Assembly: GCA_019244185.1 (NCBI GenBank)
Contig: JAFATB010000006.1
Coordinates: 480,001-544,000 of the forward strand
Direction: 5' to 3'
DNA length: 64,000 nucleotides
Origin: Acidobacteriota bacterium
GTDB taxonomy: Bacteria; Acidobacteriota; Thermoanaerobaculia; Gp7-AA8
In this document: one piece after another, positions 1 to 10,825 of the stretch
Numbering within the stretch: the stretch's first letter is position 1
How the letters are laid out: each line of letters opens with the position of its first letter
The notes under the pieces: model-generated
What the model was told of the DNA's origin: nothing
Seen by the model: the letters and a program-made list of their open reading frames with translations, nothing else
Database searches by the model: none
Translations under genes and position numbers: made by a program

Positions 1-174
1 GAGGAGGCGCGGCGGAACCTGAGATCGGCTCTGGAACTGGTGATCGCGGCGAACCGCCGCTGGACGTGGGAGGCATTCCGCAGAGCACGCATGATGCATC
101 GGGAAACGCTGTTGCTACCCGGCGATCTCCGGCCTTACCCGGCCAACACTGTTACAACTGCGCGCTCAAACTAG
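1..174 (+). CDS. 3' part of a HicB-like antitoxin family protein (5' end outside the window)
   Basis: Frame 1 reads EEARRNLRSALELVIAANR...* (stop 172-174), resembling the HicB-like 'EEARENLxEAxELVLEANR' helix. Not in the ORF track. Confidence 0.55.
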   Translation, partial: EEARRNLRSALELVIAANRRWTWEAFRRARMMHRETLLLPGDLRPYPANTVTTARSN

Positions 175-197
175 ACCACCACCATACTTCCGCCTGT

Positions 198-242
198 TTC
201 GCCAGATTTACGCTTGACTTTCGCCCTGTTACCGCCTACATT
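198..242 (+). promoter_or_regulatory. sigma70-type lexA promoter overlapped by 11-bp-phased direct repeats (candidate LexA operator)
   Basis: TTGACT (214-219), N17, TACATT (237-242). Repeats TTCGCC/TACGCT/TTCGCC/ACCGCC start at 198, 209, 220 and 231. Confidence 0.6.
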
Positions 243-260
243 GCGTAGTGCGAGGACGGA

Positions 261-902
261 ATGCGATATCTCACGGAACGGCAGCGGGACATCCTGAACT
301 TCATCCGCGATTTCCAGAAAGAACGCGGAGTCGCGCCCACCCATCGCGAGATTTGCGACCACTTCGGCTTCTCCTCCTACGGCACGGTCTACAAGCATCT
401 CTCGCTCCTGCAGAAGAAGGGGCTCATCCGCCGCGACTGGAACCAGAAGCGCGGCGTGGAGCTCGTCGAGCAGGAGCCCGCGGCGCAGGAAGCGCCGCGT
501 GGCGCGCGCGATGCCGAACGCGAAGGCGTCCGCGAGTTGCCGCTCTTCGGCTACATCGCTGCCGGTCGTCCACTGGCGGTGGAGATCTCGGACGAGACCA
601 TTCCGGTGCCGCTCCATCTCACCTCGCGCGGCGACAACTACGTGCTGAAGGTGCGCGGCGACTCGATGATCGACGACGGCATCCTCGACGGGGACTTCGT
701 GATCATCGCCCGGCGCGAGCGCGCCGACAACGGCGAGATGGTTGTCGCGAACGTGAATGGAGAAGTGACGCTCAAACGGCTCTACCAAGAGGGAGATCGC
801 GTCCGGCTGCAGCCCGCGAACTCGATGATGTCTCCGATCTTTGCCTCTGCTCGTGACGTCGCGGTGCAGGGAGTGGTGGTCGGTCTTATGAGGCGGTTCT
901 GA
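261..902 (+). CDS. lexA: SOS repressor LexA
   Basis: N-terminal wHTH (LTERQRDIL...PTHREI), Ala-Gly cleavage site (IAAG), S24 peptidase Ser (GDSM) and Lys (VTLKR). Confidence 0.95.
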   Translation: MRYLTERQRDILNFIRDFQKERGVAPTHREICDHFGFSSYGTVYKHLSLLQKKGLIRRDWNQKRGVELVEQEPAAQEAPRGARDAEREGVRELPLFGYIAAGRPLAVEISDETIPVPLHLTSRGDNYVLKVRGDSMIDDGILDGDFVIIARRERADNGEMVVANVNGEVTLKRLYQEGDRVRLQPANSMMSPIFASARDVAVQGVVVGLMRRF

Positions 903-931
903 TCGCAGTGACGAACAGAGGTGAGGAAACC

Positions 932-1357
932 ATGGATCTGGTGCTGAAACTTCGGGAAATCCGACGGCTTCGCGGGCTGAGCCAGAAAGACGTCGCCCGC
1001 CTCTCCGGCGTCGGAGAGAAGACCATCAGCTCGTTCGAGACGGGGCAGCGCATCGGCTCCCTCAAGCTCGATCAGCTGCAGAAAATGCTCGCCGTCTACG
1101 GCATGACGGAAGCGGAGTTTTTCGGCGGCAGCGTCGAACGGCAGATCGCGCCGTGGGAGCTGGACGAAGACGAATGCGCGGCACAGCGCGTCTTCGACCA
1201 CCTGCGCACGCTGCCGAAGCCCGTGCAGAAAGCGCTCGTGGCCAAGTTCCAGCTGATGCTGGAGACCGCGGCGGAGGTCAACCACACCATTCAGGAAAAG
1301 CGGCCGTCGTACGTCCGCGACAACCCTGACTGGAACATGTTGAACTCCCGAAACTGA
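932..1357 (+). CDS. XRE/Cro-type helix-turn-helix protein
   Basis: LREIRRLRGLSQKDVARLSGVGEKTISSFETG HTH_3 pattern. SD-like GAGG before ATG 932, 29 nt after the lexA stop. Confidence 0.85.
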   Translation: MDLVLKLREIRRLRGLSQKDVARLSGVGEKTISSFETGQRIGSLKLDQLQKMLAVYGMTEAEFFGGSVERQIAPWELDEDECAAQRVFDHLRTLPKPVQKALVAKFQLMLETAAEVNHTIQEKRPSYVRDNPDWNMLNSRN

Positions 1358-1371
1358 CCGGCTCCCCGAGA

Positions 1372-1558
1372 CCGCCGGCTCCTGCGCGAAGCGCGACGGA
1401 AGCGTGCAAACGCGGGAGCCGGCGGCGGTGAGGGGACGAGCGCGGGTTGAAATTTACGTCTGGTGGGTGGCGCGCGTCGGAAGCACGCGCCACCCGCCGG
1501 CCGGGGCGGGCGGAGGGCTCATCACACTCACGCGTGTGCGCCGCACGTTTAGACCCGC
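1372..1558 (+). other. Highly structured intergenic segment (nested stems)
   Basis: Stems 1372-1386/1411-1425 and 1460-1474/1486-1500, plus outer stem 1442-1452/1548-1558. Most mismatches are G-U pairs on the + strand. Confidence 0.45.
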
Positions 1559-1587
1559 TACAACATCTGCGCGAACGCCCGCCCGTG

Positions 1588-2096
1588 ACTCCGCCGCGCA
1601 TGGCCCCGCCGGTCTTACGCGCCACTATCCGCGCCTGCGCCGCGTCGAGCGACGCATGCTTCAACGTAGGCGCTTCACGCGTGGCGCGAGCGTACGCAGC
1701 AACCAGACACGCTCGCGACGCAACGCAGGCCTCGCCGCCGAAGCACAACGTGCGCTTACACGCAACGCGGACACGCTACATCGCACGAGCGAACGCTCAT
1801 CACTCCGCCGCGCACGCGTTCCGCCGGTCTCGGGCGACAGCATCCGCGCGACCGCCGCGCCGAGCGGCGCATGCTCCAACGTAGGCGCTTTGCGCGCGGC
1901 GCGGGCGCACGCCACAACCATGCACGCCCGCGACGCAACGCAGGTTTCGCCGCCGAAGCACGACGCGCGATTGCCAGCAAAGCGGGCTTGACGCATCGCG
2001 CGAGCGAACGCACATCACTCCGCCATGCATGCGCGCCTGCGACCTCGCGTTACAGCATGCGCGCGAGCGCCGCGTCGAGCGACGCGTGTTCGAACG
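1588..2096. repeat. Degenerate tandem repeat, ~215-bp period, ~2.4 copies, including the 3' end of the TIGR01777 gene
   Basis: Anchor CGCG(T/C)CGAGC ends at 1650, 1865 and 2080. Anchor ACTCCGCC starts at 1588, 1802 and 2017. Confidence 0.85.
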
Positions 2097-2943
2097 CAAA
2101 CCCTTCGCGCAACGCATGCGCCGGGAGCACGCGCTGTCCCGCGAGCAGCGCCTCGTCCGCCATCTGGCCGAATGCGAGTCGCAGCGCGAACGCCGGCGTG
2201 GGCACGAGGGCGGGGCGGTGGAGCGCCCGTCCGAGTGCGCGCGCGAAGTCGCGATTGCGCACCGGCTCCGACGCGGTCGCGTTGTAGACGCCGCGCGCCA
2301 CCGGCGTATCGACTGCCCAGACGATCAGCCGCACGGCGTCGTCGCGGTCGACCCACGACATCCACTGGTTGCCGCTGCCGATCGGACCTCCGGCGCCGAG
2401 CTTGAACGGGATCAGCAGCTTCTGCAGCGCGCCACCGTCGGGGGCGAGCACCACGCCGAAGCGCACGAGCACGACGCGCGCGAGCGGCTCGGCCTCGCGC
2501 GCGGCCGCTTCCCATTGCTCGACGAGCTGCGCGAGAAAGCCGTCGCCGCGCGAGGCGCGCTCATCGAGCTCCTCGTCCCCGCGGTCGCCGTAGAAGCCGA
2601 TTGCCGATGCGTTCACGTACACGCGCGAACGCTGCGGCGCGCGGCGCAGCGCCTCCACCAGCGCGCGCGTCGCATCGAGCCGGCTCGCGACGAGACGGCG
2701 TTTGCGCTCGTCCGTCCACCGTCCATCCGCGATGTTCTCGCCGGCGAGGTTGATCACCGCATCCGCCGTTGCGACTTCGTCCGCCCACCCGCCCTGCGTC
2801 TTGCCGTCCCACGCGACGCCGCGGCCGGCGCGGACCTTCGCCGGGTTGCGCGACAACACCGCGACGTCGTCGCCGCGCGCGAGCAGCCGCCGCACGAGCG
2901 GTTCGCCGATGAAACCGGAGCCGCCCGCGATCGCGATCTTCAT
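2050..2943 (-). CDS. TIGR01777 family oxidoreductase (YfcH/SDR39U1-like NAD-dependent epimerase)
   Basis: MKIAIAGGSGFIG Rossmann motif, VINLAGENI, RFGVVL, GGPIGSGNQWMSW. Start moved to ATG 2943. Confidence 0.92.
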   Translation of the reverse strand: MKIAIAGGSGFIGEPLVRRLLARGDDVAVLSRNPAKVRAGRGVAWDGKTQGGWADEVATADAVINLAGENIADGRWTDERKRRLVASRLDATRALVEALRRAPQRSRVYVNASAIGFYGDRGDEELDERASRGDGFLAQLVEQWEAAAREAEPLARVVLVRFGVVLAPDGGALQKLLIPFKLGAGGPIGSGNQWMSWVDRDDAVRLIVWAVDTPVARGVYNATASEPVRNRDFARALGRALHRPALVPTPAFALRLAFGQMADEALLAGQRVLPAHALREGFAFEHASLDAALARML

Positions 2944-3015
2944 GTCCGCGAGTCTAGAGACGCCCGCGCGGCACGTCCATGGGCGAAACGCTGAAGCCTT
3001 CGCGCCATTCGCCCC

Positions 3016-3051
3016 AAAACGCAACCGCCGGCCCGTCGGCCGGCGGTTGCG
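3016..3051 (-). terminator. Intrinsic terminator
   Basis: Perfect 14-bp stem 3020-3033/3038-3051 with a 4-nt loop, followed by UUUU on the minus strand. Confidence 0.75.
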
Positions 3052-3122
3052 CTTCGTTCAGGAGGGAGAGAGAAGTTAGGAGACTCGGGGGTTCGTATCG
3101 TCCAGTTACGTGCCCTTCACCG
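3016..3122 (-). ncRNA. Candidate ~100-nt small RNA with a CU-rich anti-SD tract
   Basis: Lies between an ECF-like promoter (3128-3152) and the terminator. Contains UCUCCUAACUUCUCUCUCCCUCCU and no credible ORF. Confidence 0.4.
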
Positions 3123-3127
3123 AGTCA

Positions 3128-3152
3128 GACGCGGGCGCCGCGAAAAGGTTTC
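3128..3152 (-). promoter_or_regulatory. ECF sigma-type promoter
   Basis: GAAAC-N16-CGTC on the minus strand immediately after the tsaD stop. Confidence 0.5.
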
Positions 3153-3153
3153 G

Positions 3154-4173
3154 TCAGCCGACGCGCGAACGCACCGCCACGCGCCGCGGATCGCCAGGTT
3201 GACCTTTTTGTAACCCGGCGAACGCGATCATCCCCGCGTTGTCCGTGCAGTAGCGCTTCTCCGGCAGCCGCACCAGCAGGCCGCGCTCTTCGCCCCACTT
3301 CGCGATCCTCTCGCGCAGCACGCCGTTCGCGGCGACGCCGCCCGCCATCGCCAGCTCCGCAGGCTTCTTTCCTTCGAGCCGCGACCTTACCGCCTCGAGC
3401 CGGTCGAAGAGCTGCGCGAAGAGCGCATCCTGAAACGTCGCGCAGAACGACGCCAGCGCGTCTGGATCTCCCTCGACGCGAATTCCATGTTCTCGCGCGA
3501 GCCGGATCGCGCCGGCCTTGATCCCCGAGTACGAGAAATCGAGCGACTCGTCCTTGAACTGCGGCACCGGAAACGGGAACCGCTTCGGGTCCGCCGCGCC
3601 CGCGCGCGCGTGCTTTTCGATCTGCGGCCCGCCGGGATACGGCAGCCCCACGAACTTCGCCACCTTGTCGAACGTCTCGCCGATCGCGTCGTCGCGCGTG
3701 CGATTGATCTGCCGCACGTCGGAGCGGCGCACGTCGTAGATCGCGGAATGCCCGCCGGAAATCACGAGAGATAGAAAGCGGTCCGGCAGCGGAGCGGCGG
3801 GTCCTTCCTTCTGGAGGTAGGGGGAGTAGATGTGGCCCTCCAGATGGTTCACCGGCACGAGCGGAATGCCGAGACCGTAGGCGAGACCCTGCGCGCCGGC
3901 GACGCCGACGAGCAGCGCGCCGATGAGACCGGGCGCCGTCGTCACCGCGACCGACTCGAGGTCGGACCACGACGCGCCCGCATCGCCGAGCGCGCGCTCG
4001 ACCAGCGGAAAGAGATGCTGCAGGTGCTCGCGCGAGGCGATCTCCGGTACCACGCCGCCGAAGGGCTGATGCCGTTCGATCTGCGAGGCGATCAGGTTCA
4101 CGCGCACGCGGCCGTCGCGCTCGAGGAGAGCGACCGAGGTCTCATCGCAGGACGTTTCGATTCCGAGGATCAT
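3154..4173 (-). CDS. tsaD: tRNA N6-threonylcarbamoyltransferase TsaD
   Basis: MILGIETSCDET, GGVVPEIASREH, NHLEGH, SGGH, DDAIGETFDK, CTDNAGMI. Confidence 0.96.
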   Translation of the reverse strand: MILGIETSCDETSVALLERDGRVRVNLIASQIERHQPFGGVVPEIASREHLQHLFPLVERALGDAGASWSDLESVAVTTAPGLIGALLVGVAGAQGLAYGLGIPLVPVNHLEGHIYSPYLQKEGPAAPLPDRFLSLVISGGHSAIYDVRRSDVRQINRTRDDAIGETFDKVAKFVGLPYPGGPQIEKHARAGAADPKRFPFPVPQFKDESLDFSYSGIKAGAIRLAREHGIRVEGDPDALASFCATFQDALFAQLFDRLEAVRSRLEGKKPAELAMAGGVAANGVLRERIAKWGEERGLLVRLPEKRYCTDNAGMIAFAGLQKGQPGDPRRVAVRSRVG

Positions 4174-4189
4174 CGCGTGTGGAACAACG

Positions 4190-4199
4190 ACTCTATAAT
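4190..4199. promoter_or_regulatory. Overlapping divergent -10 elements for tsaD and valS
   Basis: ACTCTATAAT gives TATAAT (+, 4194-4199) and TAGAGT (-, 4190-4195) within a 44-bp intergenic gap. Confidence 0.55.
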
Positions 4200-4217
4200 C
4201 CGCCACTCCATCGCATC

Positions 4218-6857
<2,640 letters not shown>

Positions 6858-6872
6858 AGCGCGAGTGAAGTC

Positions 6873-7643
6873 ATGATTCACCTCGACACGCGACGGATCG
6901 TCCCGCGCCTGAAGACCATCGAGTCGCTCGCGGTCATCCCGCGCGTGGCGTCGACGAATCTCATCGCGCGCCGCATCGTGAACGAGTGCATCGAGAACGA
7001 GCTCTCGCTGCCGCAGGCGATGATCATCGCGGGCGAGCAGTTCGCGGGTCGCGGGCGCAACGAGCGGCACTGGTCGTCTCCCGCGGGCAAAGGCATCTAC
7101 GCGACGACGCTCCTCTCGCGACCCGCGCGCGAGCTGGCGCTCGTGCCGCTGGCGATGGCGAACATCCTGGCCACGTTCCTGCGCGACACGTACGCGATCG
7201 ACGCCCGCATCAAGTGGCCGAACGACATCCTCGTGAACGGCAAGAAAATCGCCGGCATCCTCATCGAGGCGCGGCTGCAGGACGACCGCGTGTTCCTGCT
7301 CATCGGCACCGGCATCAACGTCGAGCCGGTGCACGACGACGAGCGGCCGAATGCGATCGCGATCAGCGAGGCGACGTCGCGGCCGTTCACCGGCATCAAC
7401 GACGCGACGCTCGCGTTCATCGAGCACATCGACGAGCGGCTCGCGCACGCGCTCGAGCACGACGAGGTGCTCGCGCAATGGCGCGCGCTGTCCGTCCACA
7501 AGCCGGGCGATCGCATCCACTGCGTGCTCGCGCAGCGCACCGTGACCGGGACATGGGCGGGCATCGACGAGGACGGGCGCGCGATGCTGCACACGCCGGA
7601 GGGGACGATCAAAGTCAGCGCCGGCGATCTCGTGCTGGCGTAG
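6873..7643 (+). CDS. birA: Biotin--protein ligase without the N-terminal HTH
   Basis: STN, QFAGRGR..RHW, KWPND, KIAGIL, GTGIN. Confidence 0.9.
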   Translation: MIHLDTRRIVPRLKTIESLAVIPRVASTNLIARRIVNECIENELSLPQAMIIAGEQFAGRGRNERHWSSPAGKGIYATTLLSRPARELALVPLAMANILATFLRDTYAIDARIKWPNDILVNGKKIAGILIEARLQDDRVFLLIGTGINVEPVHDDERPNAIAISEATSRPFTGINDATLAFIEHIDERLAHALEHDEVLAQWRALSVHKPGDRIHCVLAQRTVTGTWAGIDEDGRAMLHTPEGTIKVSAGDLVLA

Positions 7644-7664
7644 GACGACCGGAAGCGCCTCCGG

Positions 7665-7716
7665 CGGGCCGGCGCGGCCGGCTGCGCTTAGGGCCTAGCC
7701 TATCCGCACGTGCGGT
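7665..7716 (+). repeat. 52-bp dispersed intergenic element, copy 1
   Basis: 47/52 identical to the reverse complement of 42281-42332. Contains a GCCGGC..GCCGGC hairpin and the palindrome GCACGTGC. Confidence 0.85.
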
Positions 7717-7746
7717 TGTCCTGAATGACGGTAGACTTTTCGCCGC

Positions 7747-8529
7747 GTGTCGAACCTCCTTGTCGTCGATCTCGGCAACACGAATCTTGTTCTCGGCATC
7801 TATCGCGGCGACGAGCTCGTGAGCTCGTGGCGCCTTGCCACCGCGCGCGAACGCACGGCGGATGAATACGGCATCCTCGCGCGGCAACTCGTCGGCGACG
7901 CGCTGCATCAGTCGCTCGAAGGCGCGATCGTCGCGTCCGTCGTGCCGCCGCTGAACAGCGCCGTGACGTTCATGATCCGCAAGTACTTCGGCATCGAGCC
8001 GCTGTTCGTCGAGCCGGGCGTGAAGACCGGCATCGCCATTCACGTCGACAACCCGCTCGAAGTCGGTGCGGACCGCATCGTCAACTGCGCGGCCGCGCAC
8101 GAGGCGTACGGAGGGCCAGCGGTGATCGTCGACTTCGGCACCGCGACGACGTTCGACGTCGTCACCGCGAACGCGGAGTTCGTCGGCGGCGTCATCGCGC
8201 CCGGCCTCAACATCTCCGCGGAAGCGCTCTTCGCGCGCGCAGCGCGCCTCCCGCGCGTCGACGTCAAACGCCCCGAGCACGTCATCGGCACGAACACCGT
8301 CGTCAACATGCAGTCCGGCATCTACTTCGGCTACCTCGGCCTCGTCGACGGCATCCTCGCCCGCATCAAACGCGAAGTCCCGAATCTCAAAAAGGTGGTC
8401 GCCACCGGCGGCCTTGCGGGACTCTTCGCCGAAGAGAGCGAGCACATTGACGAAGTCGATCCGGAACTGACGATGAAAGGCCTGAAGCTGATCTACGATC
8501 GAAATCGTAGCTCGCGGCGGAAGAAATGA
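7747..8529 (+). CDS. coaX: Type III pantothenate kinase
   Basis: DLGNTN, VGADR, VDFGTATT, GGVIAPG, ATGG. Confidence 0.95.
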   Translation: MSNLLVVDLGNTNLVLGIYRGDELVSSWRLATARERTADEYGILARQLVGDALHQSLEGAIVASVVPPLNSAVTFMIRKYFGIEPLFVEPGVKTGIAIHVDNPLEVGADRIVNCAAAHEAYGGPAVIVDFGTATTFDVVTANAEFVGGVIAPGLNISAEALFARAARLPRVDVKRPEHVIGTNTVVNMQSGIYFGYLGLVDGILARIKREVPNLKKVVATGGLAGLFAEESEHIDEVDPELTMKGLKLIYDRNRSSRRKK

Positions 8530-8603
8530 AGGCGGAAGGCAGAATCAACAAACTCGCGCGTTTCTTCTTCATTCTTCCTTCTGCATTCTGCATTCTGCAT
8601 TCA
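8523..8603 (+). repeat. Heptamer-built inverted-repeat element (GAATGAA/ATTCTGC type), copy A, inside the ggt 5' end
   Basis: GAAATGAAGGCGGAAGGCAGAAT ... TTCTTCATTCTTCCTTCTGCATTCTGCATTCTGCATTC. Begins at the coaX stop. Confidence 0.7.
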
Positions 8604-10148
8604 GCCGCCGCCTATGGCGGCGGCGTCTCGAACTCCCCCCACGCCGCCCTCTCCACCTCCTCCCCGCTCGCCACCAAAGCCGGCCTCTCGATTCTGCAAA
8701 ATGGCGGCAACGCCGCTGATGCCGCGGTGGCAATTGCGTTCGTGTTGTCGGCGGTCGAACCGCAGTCGCAGACGATCGGCGGCGGCGGGTTCGCCGTCTA
8801 CTACGACGCCGCGACGCGCGCCGTGTGGACGCTCGACTTTCGCGAGACCGCGCCGCTCGCGGTGACGCGCGACGCATTCGCCAAGCCCGTGAACGGCGCG
8901 CTCGCCGCGGGCGTCCCCGGCACCGTCGCGGGACTCGACGCGTTGCGCCAGAAGTTCGGCACGAAGTCGTGGAAGGAATTGCTCGCGCCGGCGATCGCGC
9001 TCTCGCGCGAAGGGCTCCACGTCGACGCGCAACTCGCGGCGGACATCGACGCCGCGAAGCGCGACCGCAACCTCGCCGTCCTCGACGGCGCGTCCGCGGG
9101 CAAAACGATCGCGCAGACGGAGCTCGCGACGACGCTGCAGCGGCTCGCTATTCGCGGCGCGCGCGACTTCTACGAAGGCTCGCTCGCGTCGGAGCTCATC
9201 GAAAGCGTGCACGACGCCGGCGGCATCATCGGCTATCGCGACCTCCGCGACTACAAGGCGATCTGGCGCGCGCCGCTGAAACTGCACTTCGGCGCGTACG
9301 ACCTCTACACCGTTCCGCCGCCGTCGGGCGGCGGCGTGGTCATCGGCGAGGTGCTGAACATCCTCGCGAACGACGACCTCGGCGCGCTCGGCTTCCAGAC
9401 GCCGCGCATGCTGCATCTGCTGCTCGAAGCGGAGCGCCGCGCCGTCATCGATCGCGACAAATACCTCGCCGACCCGCTCACCGCGCGCATTCCGTATCGC
9501 GAATTGCTGTCGCGCAAGCGCGGCGACGCGTGGCGCAAGTCCATCGATCCCGCACGCGCGATCGCCACCGCGCAGCTCACCGAGCCGAGCGCGATCTCCG
9601 CCGAAGGCGAGCACACGACGCACTTCACCATCGCTGACGCGCACGGCAACGTCGCCAGCGTCACGATCTCCCTCGGCGATGACTTCGGCGGCGGCTTCGT
9701 CGTCCCGCGCCTCGGCTTCTTTCTCAACGACGCCATGCGCGACTTCAGCGCGAAACCGCCGAATGACGTCGCCGCGTCGAAGCGTCCCGCGTCGTCGCTT
9801 TCGCCCTTGATCGTGCTGCGCGACGACAAGCCGTTCCTCGCGCTCGGCACGCGCGGCGGCTCGACGATTCCGACGACGATTCTCGGCGTGTTCCTCGACG
9901 TCGCCGTCTTCGGCAAGTCATTGCCCGACGCCGTCGAGGCGCCGCGCTGGCACCAGCAGGCGGCCCCCGAGGAGCTCGCGTACGAGCGCGAACGCGCGCC
10001 GAAGGCGACGGTGGATGCGCTGAACGCGATGGGACACGGCGTCAACGCGCGCGACGCGATCGGCGACGTGCACGCGATTTTGTTCGAGAAGGGCCGGCTC
10101 GTCGCCGTCGCGGATTCGCGGCGCGGCGGCGCGGCCGGAGGCTACTGA
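8526..10148 (+). CDS. ggt: Gamma-glutamyltransferase family protein, probably exported
   Basis: GGNAADAAVA, IGGGGF, LDFRETAP, GVPGTVAG, PPPSGG, nucleophile HTTHF, APRWH. Confidence 0.9.
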   Translation: MKAEGRINKLARFFFILPSAFCILHSAAAYGGGVSNSPHAALSTSSPLATKAGLSILQNGGNAADAAVAIAFVLSAVEPQSQTIGGGGFAVYYDAATRAVWTLDFRETAPLAVTRDAFAKPVNGALAAGVPGTVAGLDALRQKFGTKSWKELLAPAIALSREGLHVDAQLAADIDAAKRDRNLAVLDGASAGKTIAQTELATTLQRLAIRGARDFYEGSLASELIESVHDAGGIIGYRDLRDYKAIWRAPLKLHFGAYDLYTVPPPSGGGVVIGEVLNILANDDLGALGFQTPRMLHLLLEAERRAVIDRDKYLADPLTARIPYRELLSRKRGDAWRKSIDPARAIATAQLTEPSAISAEGEHTTHFTIADAHGNVASVTISLGDDFGGGFVVPRLGFFLNDAMRDFSAKPPNDVAASKRPASSLSPLIVLRDDKPFLALGTRGGSTIPTTILGVFLDVAVFGKSLPDAVEAPRWHQQAAPEELAYERERAPKATVDALNAMGHGVNARDAIGDVHAILFEKGRLVAVADSRRGGAAGGY

Positions 10149-10825
10149 TGACCAACCGCAAAGTCGAAGCCGCGCGCGCGGCGCTCCAGGAAGTGCGCAG
10201 CGGCATGCGACTCGGACTCGGCACCGGCTCGACCGCCGCGGAGTTCGTGAAGCTCCTCGGCGACGCGTTGCGCGACGGCACGCTGCGCGACATCCGCTGC
10301 ACGTGCACGTCCGAACAAACCGAAGCGCAGGCGCGCGAGGCAGGCGTGCCGACGTTCGCGCTGTACGAGGTCGCGCCGCTCGATCTCGCCGTCGACGGCG
10401 CCGATGAAATCGATCGCAACCTGCGGCTGATCAAAGGCCGTGGCGGCGCGCTGCTGCGCGAGAAGATCGTCGAACAACAGGCGCTGCGCTTCATCGTCAT
10501 CGCCGACGACTCGAAAATCGTCGAGCGTTTGGGCGTCGGCGTGTTGCCGGTCGAAGTCACTCCGTTTGCGCGCGAAGTGCTCGAGCGCCGCTTTGCGGAG
10601 ATGGGACTCGCGCCGGTGCTGCGCCTGCGCGATGGCAAGCCGCGCGTCACCGACGAAGGTCATCTCATCCTCGACGTCCGCGTGCCGGAGAACGTCGACG
10701 TCGCCGACTGCGTCGCGCGCATGCGCGAACACGCGGGCGTCGTCGACACCGGCTTCTTTCCGACCGAAGCGACGGAGGCGATCATCGCCGGAGACGACGG
10801 CATCCGGCGCATGACGCGCGGCTGA
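10148..10825 (+). CDS. rpiA: Ribose-5-phosphate isomerase A
   Basis: GLGTGST, DGADE, IKGRGGALLREK, LPVEV. Confidence 0.95.
   Translation: MTNRKVEAARAALQEVRSGMRLGLGTGSTAAEFVKLLGDALRDGTLRDIRCTCTSEQTEAQAREAGVPTFALYEVAPLDLAVDGADEIDRNLRLIKGRGGALLREKIVEQQALRFIVIADDSKIVERLGVGVLPVEVTPFAREVLERRFAEMGLAPVLRLRDGKPRVTDEGHLILDVRVPENVDVADCVARMREHAGVVDTGFFPTEATEAIIAGDDGIRRMTRG

Noticed and set aside
226-241. CTGT-N8-ACAT resembling the E. coli SOS box
   Set aside because: One half-site is mismatched, the spacer is GC-rich, and the LexA recognition helix is not of the gammaproteobacterial type. The phased direct repeats explain the region better.
1588-2096. Possible CRISPR array
   Set aside because: Whole 215-bp units are similar, there is no short repeat/unique spacer structure, and no cas genes are present.
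1278-2117. Several overlapping ORFs (e.g. 1404-1991, 1278-1748)
   Set aside because: They arise from the 215-bp repeat and GC richness, are Arg/Ala-rich and have no family motifs.
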